From: a virus | Virus record (IMG/VR): IMGVR_UViG_3300033183_000354 | Coordinates: 1-64,000 of that record | Direction: 5' to 3' (one strand) | DNA length: 64,000 bases | Shown: one piece after another, positions 29,449 to 38,868 of the stretch | How the letters are laid out: the number at the start of each line of letters is the position of its first letter | How positions within the stretch are numbered: position 1 is the first letter of the stretch | Translations under genes and position numbers: made by a program | The notes under the pieces: generated by a model | Databases searched by the model: none | Seen by the model: only the letters and a program-made list of their open reading frames with translations | Told to the model about the DNA's origin: nothing

Positions 29449-31935
29449 ATGTCTTTTTATACAAGTTACGATCGTTACGGTAACTACTTACTTTATCGCG
29501 GGTATAACCATCAAGGTGTACCCGTGATAACAAAATATAAACTAGAGCCTCAGCTCTATATTCCTACAGATAAGCGCACTGACTGGACTGCCATCGATGG
29601 TACTCCAGTCGCGCCTATCGAATTTTCTTCTGTCAATGAAATGAAGGCCTTCATCAAAAAGTATGAAGACGTAAGCAATTTTAAGTTTTACGGTCAAGAC
29701 CGTGTCATGTGGCAACGTATTCAGAAGAAATTTCCAAAAGAAATTGAATTCAATCAAAGCCTCATCAATGTAGTAAACCTCGATATCGAGGTCCATTCTG
29801 AAGATGGTTTCCCTGAGCCAGATCAGGCTCTTCATCCAGTCACAGCTATCACTCTCAAGTCGAGTAAAAAGATGTTTTACGAGGTGTGGGGCTGTGGAGA
29901 ATATGACGTATCTCAGTCACCTCATAAGCATCTTCGTATTCGCTATCACAAATGTGAAGATGAATATGATTTGCTCGAGCGATTCCTCAAATATTGGATG
30001 TCCGAATATCCTGAAGTCTTAACTGGTTGGAATATTCGAATGTTCGATATTCCTTATCTTGTTAATCGTATTACTAAGTTATTTGGTGAACACGTATCAA
30101 AGCGTATGTCGCCTTGGAATATGGTAAGAGAAACCACTGTAAGCTTCAAAGGCAAGACGATGTTGACTCAACAGATCTCTGGTATATCACAGCTCGACTA
30201 TATGGATCTCTTTCAAAAGTTTGGCTATTCATATGGCCCACAAGAGTCTTATTCTCTTAACCATATATCACATGTTGTCCTTGGTGAGAAGAAGATGTCA
30301 TACGAAGAGTATGGTTCACTTCGTAATCTTTATAAAGAAAATCATCAACTTTATATTGACTATAACATTAAAGACGTTGAACTCATTGATCGTATGGATG
30401 AGAAGCTTGATCTTCTCGGTTTGGCATTCACACTTGCATATAAAGCAGGTGTCAACTATACGGACATCTTTGGCACTACAGCTATATGGGACTCCATTAT
30501 CTATCGCGAACTGGCTTCTCGTAAGGTTGCTGTACCTGCTTCTCCACTTCGACGCGATCGAGAAACCTTAAAGGTTCATTTCGCAGGTGGTTATGTTAAA
30601 GAACCTCATGTTGGAGCTCATGATTGGGTCGTTTCATTTGACTTAAATTCTCTGTATCCAAACATCATTGCTCAATGGAATATGTCTCCGGAGACTATTA
30701 CAATGAACGGTACTAATATGTCAAAGGCAGCTAATGGTGTTGGCTTTGATAATAGTCGTGAAGGTGTATTTCCTAAACTCGTTAAGAAATACTATGCCGA
30801 ACGTAAAGAAGTCAAGAAAGAAATGATCGAATGGCAAAAGATGCAACAGAAAGGTAGCACTAAAGAGATCGAAAAACAAATTGCCTCTCTTAACAATAAG
30901 CAGATGGCAGTCAAGATCTTGATGAATTCATTGTTTGGTGCTATTGGTAATAAATGGTATCGATACTTTGATCTTCGAGTCGCTGAAGCCATTACTCTTA
31001 CTGGTCAACATGTCATTAAGACTTGTGAAGCTGCTATTAACAAAGAGCTAAATAAGTTACTAGAGACAGATAATAAAGACTATGTTATCGCTATCGATAC
31101 TGATTCGATCTATGTTAACTTTAAGAAGTTTGTTGAAAAGTTTAATCCAAAAGATCCAGTTAAGTTTCTTGACGAGGCATGTATTAATCATTTTAATAAA
31201 ATTTTAGAAGTTGCTCTTGAAAAACTCTTCAAAGAGATGAATTGTTTTGAGAATCGTATGGTCATGGAACGTGAGGTTATCGCAGATCGTGGCATTTGGA
31301 CAGCAAAGAAACGTTATATCCTTAACGTACATAACTCAGAAGGTGTACAGTACGAAGAGCCAAAACTTAAGATTATGGGTATTGAAGCTATTAAGTCTTC
31401 TACGCCTGAGATATGTCGAACTAAGTTCAAAGAGATCTTCAAACTCATCATCTCTTCAAACGAAGCCGAAGTTCAAAAGTTTATCATGAACTTTAGATCG
31501 GAGTTTAAGACACTTGCTCCTGAAGAAGTTGCATTTCCCCGAAGCGTTACCTTATATGGTGAGAAAATAGTTAATAATAAAAAAGTTAAGTTCTCATACA
31601 GTGATAGAAAGACCATCTACAAGAAAGGTTCACCTATCCATGTTCGAGGCTCTTTGCTTTACAACAAATACCTCAAAGAGTTGGGCCTAACAGATAGATA
31701 TGAGTTGATTGGTAATGGTGATAAAATTAAGTTTACTTATCTTAAGTTACCAAATCATATTAAGGAAAACGTGATAGCGTTTCCTATGCATCTCCCAAAA
31801 GAGATAAAACTACAGCAATATATTGACTATGATAAACAATTTGACAAGACTTTCCTCGAGCCACTTCGATTTATCCTCGATGCTGTTGGCTGGAATCATG
31901 AAGAAACAGCAACCCTCGATGAATTTTTTGGATAA
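29449..31935 (+). CDS. gp43: family B DNA polymerase gp43
   Basis: Exo DIE, GWNI..FDIPY, YNIKD; SFDLNSLYP, K.LMNS.FG, DTDS, KKRY; clamp-binding tail LDEFF. Confidence 0.97.
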   Translation: MSFYTSYDRYGNYLLYRGYNHQGVPVITKYKLEPQLYIPTDKRTDWTAIDGTPVAPIEFSSVNEMKAFIKKYEDVSNFKFYGQDRVMWQRIQKKFPKEIEFNQSLINVVNLDIEVHSEDGFPEPDQALHPVTAITLKSSKKMFYEVWGCGEYDVSQSPHKHLRIRYHKCEDEYDLLERFLKYWMSEYPEVLTGWNIRMFDIPYLVNRITKLFGEHVSKRMSPWNMVRETTVSFKGKTMLTQQISGISQLDYMDLFQKFGYSYGPQESYSLNHISHVVLGEKKMSYEEYGSLRNLYKENHQLYIDYNIKDVELIDRMDEKLDLLGLAFTLAYKAGVNYTDIFGTTAIWDSIIYRELASRKVAVPASPLRRDRETLKVHFAGGYVKEPHVGAHDWVVSFDLNSLYPNIIAQWNMSPETITMNGTNMSKAANGVGFDNSREGVFPKLVKKYYAERKEVKKEMIEWQKMQQKGSTKEIEKQIASLNNKQMAVKILMNSLFGAIGNKWYRYFDLRVAEAITLTGQHVIKTCEAAINKELNKLLETDNKDYVIAIDTDSIYVNFKKFVEKFNPKDPVKFLDEACINHFNKILEVALEKLFKEMNCFENRMVMEREVIADRGIWTAKKRYILNVHNSEGVQYEEPKLKIMGIEAIKSSTPEICRTKFKEIFKLIISSNEAEVQKFIMNFRSEFKTLAPEEVAFPRSVTLYGEKIVNNKKVKFSYSDRKTIYKKGSPIHVRGSLLYNKYLKELGLTDRYELIGNGDKIKFTYLKLPNHIKENVIAFPMHLPKEIKLQQYIDYDKQFDKTFLEPLRFILDAVGWNHEETATLDEFFG

Positions 31936-31941
31936 ACAAGG

Positions 31942-31970
31942 TTTACTTTTGACAGAGAATGGAGTATAAT
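31942..31970 (+). promoter_or_regulatory. sigma70-like promoter
   Basis: TTTACT-N17-TATAAT. Confidence 0.7.
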
Positions 31971-31976
31971 ACTATT

Positions 31977-32399
31977 ATGAGTAAAGATTGGGTACAAGAT
32001 ATTTCCGACATGCACACTAAGTTTGGTGTCCGTGATTGGGTCGCCGGAGAATTGGAAAAAGGTGATTGGTCTAGACTTCAAAAGTTTATCGAATTTCGCC
32101 TCAATTTTCTACAAGAAGAACTAGACGAGACAAGAGCAGCTGCTATTGTCGATAAAAATCCTGAAGAGATCGTTGATGGATTGATTGATTTATGCGTCGT
32201 AGCTATTGGTACAATGGATGCCTTTGGTGTCGACGCCCATAAAGCATGGGACGCAGTACATAATGCTAATATGGCAAAAGAACGCGGTGTAAAAGAATCT
32301 CGACCAAATCCACTTGGTCTACCAGATCTCATCAAACCTGAAGGTTGGCAAGGTCCAAGCCATAAGGATAATCATGGAAATCTCAATCACGCTCTTTAA
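31977..32399 (+). CDS. MazG-like all-alpha NTP pyrophosphohydrolase (candidate dCTPase)
   Basis: FLQEELDE, EIVDGLIDL, VHNANMAK, KPEGW. Confidence 0.8.
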   Translation: MSKDWVQDISDMHTKFGVRDWVAGELEKGDWSRLQKFIEFRLNFLQEELDETRAAAIVDKNPEEIVDGLIDLCVVAIGTMDAFGVDAHKAWDAVHNANMAKERGVKESRPNPLGLPDLIKPEGWQGPSHKDNHGNLNHAL

Positions 32400-33300
32400 G
32401 AGTGTATATGATAATAAGACACATCGACGAGTTGATCTCCCTGATTTCGACTCGTTCGAACGTGTCTTATATGATTTATCAAAGAAACCTCGGCAATCGA
32501 AGAAAGATGCCGATTTAATGTCACCAGCCACTTACGAAAAGGGTACTACTCGTGCTAATCGTAACGTGGTCGAGTGGGCAGGATGGTGTGCAGTAGATGT
32601 TGATGACTTTATTGTTGAAGGAGATCTAAAAGATGCTATCATTGAACGAACTGGTAATTGGCGTTTCGTGTGTTATTCTACTGCTAGTTCCAGTATCGAT
32701 CTACCTAAGTTCAGACTTGTATTTCCACTTAAAAGAAAGTTATCGAATGACGAAATATCAAGTTTCAACTTTGCGCTACTTCAGTCCCTCGGCGGTATCG
32801 GCGATGAACAAACAAAAGATCTTGCTCGTATGTATTATATACCTGCTGAGTATGCTGGCGCTTACAACTTTATCTTCTCTCATGATGGTGATCCTATTAA
32901 TCCAGACACTCTGATGTCAAAATACCCTTATATCCAAAAGACGGGTACTAATTTCTTTGATCGCCTTCCTGAAGCTATGCAAAAGCAAATCATTGAACAT
33001 CGTAAATCTAAACTAGAAAATATTGATGTTCATTGGTCATCTTATCGAGATTGTCCTTTCTTTCCTCGACATCTCGAAAATGAGTATAGGTCTATTAGTA
33101 ATACCGGTTGGTATCATAAGATGTATCAGATCATGGTCGCCCTCGCTGGTAATGCTATTAAGAATGAATATCCAATTACCGCTAATGAGATCGCAGTCCT
33201 TTGTCGAGAGCTTGATATGGATACTGGTAATTGGTATGAGAATCGTCCATTAACGAAAGAAGCTGATAGAGCTCTCGAATACGTATATAAAAATATGTAA
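32374..33300 (+). CDS. primase-polymerase (AEP)-like primase
   Basis: VDVDD acidic motif, YSTASS, KFRLVFPL, D..RMYYIP; start at ATG 32374. Confidence 0.65.
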   Translation: MEISITLFKSVYDNKTHRRVDLPDFDSFERVLYDLSKKPRQSKKDADLMSPATYEKGTTRANRNVVEWAGWCAVDVDDFIVEGDLKDAIIERTGNWRFVCYSTASSSIDLPKFRLVFPLKRKLSNDEISSFNFALLQSLGGIGDEQTKDLARMYYIPAEYAGAYNFIFSHDGDPINPDTLMSKYPYIQKTGTNFFDRLPEAMQKQIIEHRKSKLENIDVHWSSYRDCPFFPRHLENEYRSISNTGWYHKMYQIMVALAGNAIKNEYPITANEIAVLCRELDMDTGNWYENRPLTKEADRALEYVYKNM

Positions 33301-33407
33301 AAAAATCACATCTGATTGTTTTTATTTGATAAAAAAATGCGTTTTTTTATTTACAAATGAATTTTTATAGTGTATATTATACCTATAATTAAAGAGGAGA
33401 ATACATT
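33299..33407 (+). repeat. early-promoter cassette, copy 1
   Basis: About 110-nt block similar to 45023-45130; contains TTTACA-N17-TATATT and an AAAGAGGAG RBS. Confidence 0.75.
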
Positions 33408-33692
33408 ATGAATAAACAAATTCCGCCACTTGTTGCTCTTAACTCTCTTGCCAAATCATTTTGGAACGAATATGTTTCTAATATTGGCATTGATGAAGAA
33501 GCTGCTGAGTATGCAGCCATGGATCGTAATGATATTCTCGATGTAAAAGCTCTCCTTATTGCTGGTGATACTAAAGCAATGGCTGCTAAGATTGAAGAAG
33601 TCGATACTTATATTCGCGAAGCTATCATTATCGCAATGATCGATGACATGGGTAAAGATTTCGTCCTTGAAACTACTGGTTATTATGTGTGA
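33408..33692 (+). CDS. early hypothetical protein
   Basis: Strong RBS directly after the promoter cassette. Confidence 0.7.
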   Translation: MNKQIPPLVALNSLAKSFWNEYVSNIGIDEEAAEYAAMDRNDILDVKALLIAGDTKAMAAKIEEVDTYIREAIIIAMIDDMGKDFVLETTGYYV

Positions 33693-33699
33693 GGTTGTT

Positions 33700-33903
33700 A
33701 TGAAGACTCTTAAGATTGGTGATACTGTTATTTCTCGTCATGGTCCAGGAAAGATCACAAAGATCGAACTCTGTGAAAAACCTGGGTATAAGTATGGCAT
33801 CGACATCAAAGAGATCTATGTCGATCTTGTTGATCGCTGTGTATTTGATCTTGACAATGGCCATTTTGCATATGGTGATCAGATCGATTTTGTAGGAGTC
33901 TAA
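33700..33903 (+). CDS. hypothetical protein, 67 aa
   Basis: GAGG RBS, ATG 33700; LKIGDTV..LDNGHFAYG. Confidence 0.65.
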   Translation: MKTLKIGDTVISRHGPGKITKIELCEKPGYKYGIDIKEIYVDLVDRCVFDLDNGHFAYGDQIDFVGV

Positions 33904-33904
33904 G

Positions 33905-34597
33905 ATGGATTTCCTAATTAAAGTAGGCGAATCATTTAGTTTAGCTGATATCGATTTAGATTGGCTAGAAAAACATACTGCTCTTGAATATGTAAATTTT
34001 TTACCAGATCCATATCGATCTGATACGCGTGTTTATAATGATACCTATAATGGTCTAGCAGCAGAGCACTATATGGTCGAAGAATATGGTTATACTAATG
34101 ATGACCGTAAATACAAAGATCTCTTTGCGCCATGTGGTACTTCTGTTGAAATTAAGTCTGGCTCTAGTGAAGAAACCATCCAAAAACATATAGAAACACT
34201 TACAGAAAGAAAAAGTTGGGGACCAAAATACGATATATCTGATTACGTAATATGCTTTCTTCGTGACAATAAAACTTACACGTGTCATTCGCTTTGGCAA
34301 TGGGATGGCAATAATTACGTAAAAGTAAAAGAAGAGCCAGAAGAAGATCGTACCGAAGTCATTCGTAAGCTTGAACGTATGCCTCTCGAAAAAGCTCGCC
34401 AAGTTGCCCTTCAATTGATGGAAGATTGGAATCCTCAAAAGATAGGTGGTAAAGCATCTAAAAATAGAACGATATATGATATCGAAACAGCGTGTACATC
34501 AGCCGATATTTGTGGTATAATGTACAGATTACAACTCGCTTATGAAGGTTTAGGTACTATTGGATCTTCATGGCAAAACCATTATAGGAATATCTGA
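33905..34597 (+). CDS. hypothetical protein with PD-(D/E)xK-like N-terminal domain
   Basis: GLAAEHY..KYKDL..SVEIKS pattern. Confidence 0.45.
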   Translation: MDFLIKVGESFSLADIDLDWLEKHTALEYVNFLPDPYRSDTRVYNDTYNGLAAEHYMVEEYGYTNDDRKYKDLFAPCGTSVEIKSGSSEETIQKHIETLTERKSWGPKYDISDYVICFLRDNKTYTCHSLWQWDGNNYVKVKEEPEEDRTEVIRKLERMPLEKARQVALQLMEDWNPQKIGGKASKNRTIYDIETACTSADICGIMYRLQLAYEGLGTIGSSWQNHYRNI

Positions 34598-34956
34598 TGA
34601 AAGAGTCAATCAAAGTTTTACAAGAGTGTGCTGAACTGCAGACTAAAAAAGGTAATGACTATCAAAACGAATATTCTCGTATTAAACAAGCAGACTATTA
34701 TCCTAACGGTGTATCTACTCTGCTTGACATTAATCATGCAAAGATGCTTCGTATGCAATCTGTCGTATCTGCTATGATGGCCGATCCTAACTATGAGCCA
34801 AACTTTGAATCAATCGAAGATTCGGCTAAAGACATGATTAACTATTGTTCGTTTATCGTTGCTTATTGTCGTGGTAAGATGGATGGTCAAAATCCAAATC
34901 ACGACTTCCTTAATCGCCCAAAGAAAGTGAAAGATAATGCAGAACACAGTGAATGA
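34597..34956 (+). CDS. nucleotide-modification-associated helical protein (Nmad1-like)
   Basis: LQECAELQTKKGNDY..ESIEDSAKDMINY; directly precedes the hydroxymethylase. Confidence 0.6.
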   Translation: MKESIKVLQECAELQTKKGNDYQNEYSRIKQADYYPNGVSTLLDINHAKMLRMQSVVSAMMADPNYEPNFESIEDSAKDMINYCSFIVAYCRGKMDGQNPNHDFLNRPKKVKDNAEHSE

Positions 34957-35614
34957 TATTCGTCAGCATTTTATCAATGAATTGAAGAACGAAAACTTCA
35001 CTACTGATAAAACTGGCCAAAAAACAATTGAGATTATCGGTGCTTCTTTCGAAGCTAATGAACCAGCTATCTTTGGTACTCCTAATAAAGAATATATCGA
35101 TAAAGAAATTGATTGGTATTGTACAGGTAGTACTAATATCAATGACATCTATGGTGAAGAACGTGAACCACCTGAAGCATGGAAATATGCTGCTAATAAG
35201 TATGGTGAAGTTAATTCTAACTATGGCACATTGATCTTTGACGATATATACTATAGACAGTACGAAAACGTCCTTGACGAATTGGCAGGTTCCAATGATA
35301 CTACACGACGTGCTACAATGGTTTACAACCGACCAAGCATCTGGGCAGAGTTTCAGGCTGATGGTAAAAACGATTTTATTTGTACTAATGCTGTCACTTA
35401 CTATATACGCAATAATGAACTCCAAGCTGTTGTCCAAATGCGATCTAACGATGTCGTGTTCGGATATAAGAATGATTATGCTTGGCAGCGTTATGTAATG
35501 GAACTTATTTGTCAAGATCTAAGTGGTGGTAATACTACTTTGAAACCAGGCAAATTGATTTGGCAAGTTCAAAACTTGCATGTTTATGAAAGGCATTTCC
35601 ACCTTGTCAAATAA
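34937..35614 (+). CDS. gp42: dCMP hydroxymethylase (T4 gp42-like)
   Basis: DKTG.KTIEIIGASF, NSNYG, DFICTN, MRSNDVVFGYKNDYAWQ, LHVY.RHF closely match T4 gp42, including the cytosine-specifying Asp. Confidence 0.9.
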   Translation: MQNTVNDIRQHFINELKNENFTTDKTGQKTIEIIGASFEANEPAIFGTPNKEYIDKEIDWYCTGSTNINDIYGEEREPPEAWKYAANKYGEVNSNYGTLIFDDIYYRQYENVLDELAGSNDTTRRATMVYNRPSIWAEFQADGKNDFICTNAVTYYIRNNELQAVVQMRSNDVVFGYKNDYAWQRYVMELICQDLSGGNTTLKPGKLIWQVQNLHVYERHFHLVK

Positions 35615-36041
35615 GTGGGATAAGAGATACCTTGCGCTAGCAGAACAAGTCTCGAAGTGGTCCAAAGATCCATCTCGCCAAATTGGTGCAGTTGCGGTAG
35701 GATCGAAGGGACAGGTTCTCGCGCAAGGCTACAATGGTTTCCCTCGCGGGATTGATGATAATGAAGACCTATATAATGACCGCGAGGTAAAGTATAAGTA
35801 TGTAGTTCATGCAGAGATGAATGTTATTTATAATGCCACGTATAATGGTGTATCACTTGATGGTTCTACTCTGTATGTTTATGGTTTACCAGTCTGTAGC
35901 GATTGTGCCAAGGGCGTTATACAGGTTGGCATCAAAGGGGTTGTCATGCCAGAACAGTTAATCCCTGAACATTGGCAACCATCTTGGCAATTAACGAAAA
36001 AAATGTTTGAAGAAGCAGGAGTTTTATATGACTTTATTTAA
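35580..36041 (+). CDS. cd: dCMP deaminase
   Basis: WSKDPS, GYNGFPRG, HAEMN, PVCSDC. Confidence 0.92.
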   Translation: MFMKGISTLSNKWDKRYLALAEQVSKWSKDPSRQIGAVAVGSKGQVLAQGYNGFPRGIDDNEDLYNDREVKYKYVVHAEMNVIYNATYNGVSLDGSTLYVYGLPVCSDCAKGVIQVGIKGVVMPEQLIPEHWQPSWQLTKKMFEEAGVLYDFI

Positions 36042-36312
36042 CGGAAATAATGATACGGGTCCAGTATTTGAAAAAGGTTATCCAAAGCATGAAGGTTATG
36101 AAGAATATATGAAACGAAGAATGCGGGAAGAGGATATGAAGATGGAAAAAAATATTCCAGAAAAAGTCGATCGAGTCGTTGAGCGAATCATGTGGAAACT
36201 TGATCTCCTTGAAAAACGTATGAAGTCTGTAGAGACAGACGTCGCTTATATGCAAACATATCAACCAACAAGTCCAGAAGAAAAGAAGATCAAGGATTAT
36301 CTTAACAAATGA
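36028..36312 (+). CDS. hypothetical protein
   Basis: AGGAG RBS; coiled-coil-like; overlaps its neighbours. Confidence 0.55.
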   Translation: MTLFNGNNDTGPVFEKGYPKHEGYEEYMKRRMREEDMKMEKNIPEKVDRVVERIMWKLDLLEKRMKSVETDVAYMQTYQPTSPEEKKIKDYLNK

Positions 36313-36734
36313 AATCTGTACTTGACTTCTTAGAAGGACATCAAATATCCGAGGACATCATCGTCCTCGGACAATGTCCATCGACCAAAACGACACCTTC
36401 TGTCAACGGCACATTTGCTCGCCTAAAACGATGGCTCTTGACAGTAGGTGTTCGTGATTGGGACTTTCATAATGTAATACCTCATAAGATCAATTCTTAT
36501 GATATCAAAGACGTTGACGTAGAGGCTTTACGTAAAGCTGTTGAAGGTAAGTCAATCGTTATCTCACTCGGAGGGTTTGTCGAAAGAGTATGTAAGAAAT
36601 ACTCTATAGATAATTACAAGATCGATCATCCATCTCCGAGAAATCGTAATCTCAATAGTATAGAATACGAAGCAGCAATGCTTCACAGTTTGAAGGAATA
36701 TCTTGATGAACATAGAGCTAACGGAATACTATGA
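36309..36734 (+). CDS. uracil-DNA-glycosylase-superfamily-like protein
   Basis: IIVLGQCPS, ISLG, HPSPRNRNLN. Confidence 0.55.
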   Translation: MKSVLDFLEGHQISEDIIVLGQCPSTKTTPSVNGTFARLKRWLLTVGVRDWDFHNVIPHKINSYDIKDVDVEALRKAVEGKSIVISLGGFVERVCKKYSIDNYKIDHPSPRNRNLNSIEYEAAMLHSLKEYLDEHRANGIL

Positions 36735-37875
36735 TGACTTTCTTCGCTATTTTCATAAAGCGAAAGAACAACAGGTAAAATGTAACGTCGCAGACGTAGA
36801 ACCATATGGACTAATACCCCATATGGAGTCCGATATGGACGATGACCTTATGCATTATATTGAACTATATGACGTCGTCGAACGTAAATATGCCGGGTTT
36901 TCTCAAATCGTTAATGATTGTTGGTCAGGTTGGACAGAAGGCCATCCATATTGGAAGAAGATGGAGGCCGGTAAAGCAACATCTCAACGTGAGGTCGTTG
37001 CTAAAAACTGGACAGGCAAGCATAAAGAATTTGATCTACCTGAATGGTTGTACCTTTTTATCCTCCATCGTGTGACAGGTTCTGCGATTAATTATGGTAC
37101 TAAACCTTCGGGTTATCATAACACATTACTATTCACCCTTCATAAAGCGCGTACCATCGAAGAGATGATATGGCATATGAAGAGACATAAAGCCCCTTTC
37201 TATACTTCAATTGGCTATCAATTCCCTAAGTTTCCAAAACCTCAAGGAGACTACAAGAAGGGTGGAGACTACTACCTTGGTGAGTATGCGCCACGCCTAG
37301 CACGTGAGATGGCAGAATGGTTGCAAAAGACAAATAATAGAAAGGACCTTCGAGAGATCGGAGAGTTTATGGGTCAGTGGAATGAACGAAATGGTCTTAA
37401 CAGGTATACTTTTCAGTATGCAGCTGTTGTTGCTGATGTTGCTGATTGGTACCCTCAATACGTCAACAAGGAATCACCCTTTTATTACGGAACTAACGCT
37501 GTTGAGTGTATTAGCTACCTTGCTCGTCCTACAGAGCGTATGAAGAAAGAACAGTTTTTAGATCAGGTGATGGCCAAGATCTATGAAGATACGAAGTCAT
37601 ATCCGTATAATGCCGAAGACGTATGTTGTGACTATATCCGTTGGGTTGAAAACTATGTTCGACCAGGTGCACATTACTCTCACGTCGACCTTGATAAAAT
37701 TTGGTCATCAAGTAATATCAAGAACCATCCATTTGGTAGACAAAAGGCAATGTTAGAGATGGGCCTTGTCGAATCTTTTAACGGTCTAAAGCATCATCCT
37801 TCTGATGATATGATCATTAAAGCTGCTGGTATTGATGTTGAGGAATATAAAAGAAGATGTATAACGCTACACTAG
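36703..37875 (+). CDS. helical DNA base-modification enzyme (amino-acid:DNA transferase/aGPT-Pplase-like)
   Basis: Cluster context; LYDVVERKY, FILHR, D(V)ADW, G.NA, AEDVCCDYIRW resemble the HhH-fold hypermodification family. Confidence 0.45.
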   Translation: MMNIELTEYYDDFLRYFHKAKEQQVKCNVADVEPYGLIPHMESDMDDDLMHYIELYDVVERKYAGFSQIVNDCWSGWTEGHPYWKKMEAGKATSQREVVAKNWTGKHKEFDLPEWLYLFILHRVTGSAINYGTKPSGYHNTLLFTLHKARTIEEMIWHMKRHKAPFYTSIGYQFPKFPKPQGDYKKGGDYYLGEYAPRLAREMAEWLQKTNNRKDLREIGEFMGQWNERNGLNRYTFQYAAVVADVADWYPQYVNKESPFYYGTNAVECISYLARPTERMKKEQFLDQVMAKIYEDTKSYPYNAEDVCCDYIRWVENYVRPGAHYSHVDLDKIWSSSNIKNHPFGRQKAMLEMGLVESFNGLKHHPSDDMIIKAAGIDVEEYKRRCITLH

Positions 37876-38846
37876 ATGACTTTATTGATCCAAACCCGCA
37901 TTCAATAGTATACGAAAATACAGTTACTCCTATCCTCAATAAGGGCAAAGTCACTAATCACTTACTTGAACCATGGTCTCTCGAAGAACGTATTCAAAAG
38001 TTCTTTGAGTTTTGTCGTGCCTATGACGTAAGAGAAGAACCGCTCCTTAAATCTAACCCTCAACAGTTTTCTCATCGTCTACATTGGGATGAAATGCCAT
38101 ATGTTGATGAGATGAAAGAAGAGAAAGACATCAAGCGACTTTTACATCATACTATCGTATGGTCATTTAGTAATGAACATTGGCTAACATTCAGGACACT
38201 TCGCGATCATGGCGTTGAAGCCATGAAAAAGAGGTTTGAAACAGAAAGACATGCTCGATCTGACCTCTTTCAAGTATATTATCCAAAGGGGACAGTAGTA
38301 AAAGACTGGTTGTGTAATGTACCTCAACAAATAGCCGAAGACTGCTACACAATGTTACAGTCAAATCGACCGCTTAAGATGATGGAGCTGGCATCAAAGC
38401 TTGAAGCTCATACGAAAAAGAAGTATGGCTTTCGTAACGTGATGTATCCATATAAGAACCTTTCTCGCCATATCGCGATGGCCCGACCTGACCTTGTTGA
38501 TCCAGAATCATGGGTCACCCCAGGTACACTCTCATTTTATGGTCTATGGCAAATATTTGGAGATAAGAATTTATTTGGTAAAACTAAATTCGAATTAGAT
38601 GAAAATACTGGTGACTATACTCCAGTTAATGCTCAAGCTATTGAGCTTGTACGCCAGTTTAGTGTTTTGGCCAAACATCCGGATAATCCAATGAAGAGGC
38701 AGTATAATATTAATATCGAAGATAAAGCTTGTATGTGGTGTAAACACCTCTTCATTAGTCATGGCGTCAAGTCGACCACGAAGAAGATCCCATACGAGTG
38801 GATTTATCCTCGAACATTTTCTCTAAAAAAGAGTTTACAATCCTAG
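37857..38846 (+). CDS. second helical DNA base-modification-like enzyme
   Basis: FFEFCR..EPLL...FSHRLHWDE N-terminus and NIEDKACMWCK C-terminus resemble the same family. Confidence 0.4.
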   Translation: MYNATLDDFIDPNPHSIVYENTVTPILNKGKVTNHLLEPWSLEERIQKFFEFCRAYDVREEPLLKSNPQQFSHRLHWDEMPYVDEMKEEKDIKRLLHHTIVWSFSNEHWLTFRTLRDHGVEAMKKRFETERHARSDLFQVYYPKGTVVKDWLCNVPQQIAEDCYTMLQSNRPLKMMELASKLEAHTKKKYGFRNVMYPYKNLSRHIAMARPDLVDPESWVTPGTLSFYGLWQIFGDKNLFGKTKFELDENTGDYTPVNAQAIELVRQFSVLAKHPDNPMKRQYNINIEDKACMWCKHLFISHGVKSTTKKIPYEWIYPRTFSLKKSLQS

Positions 38847-38862
38847 GATAGTTTGGTATAAT
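38834..38862 (+). promoter_or_regulatory. sigma70-like promoter (leaderless mRNA likely)
   Basis: TTTACA-N17-TATAAT, 6 nt before ATG 38869. Confidence 0.7.
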
Positions 38863-38868
38863 ATACAC

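Noticed and set aside
34910-35515. 201-aa minus-strand ORF
   Set aside because: Lies opposite gp42 and the end of the upstream gene; no recognisable motifs.
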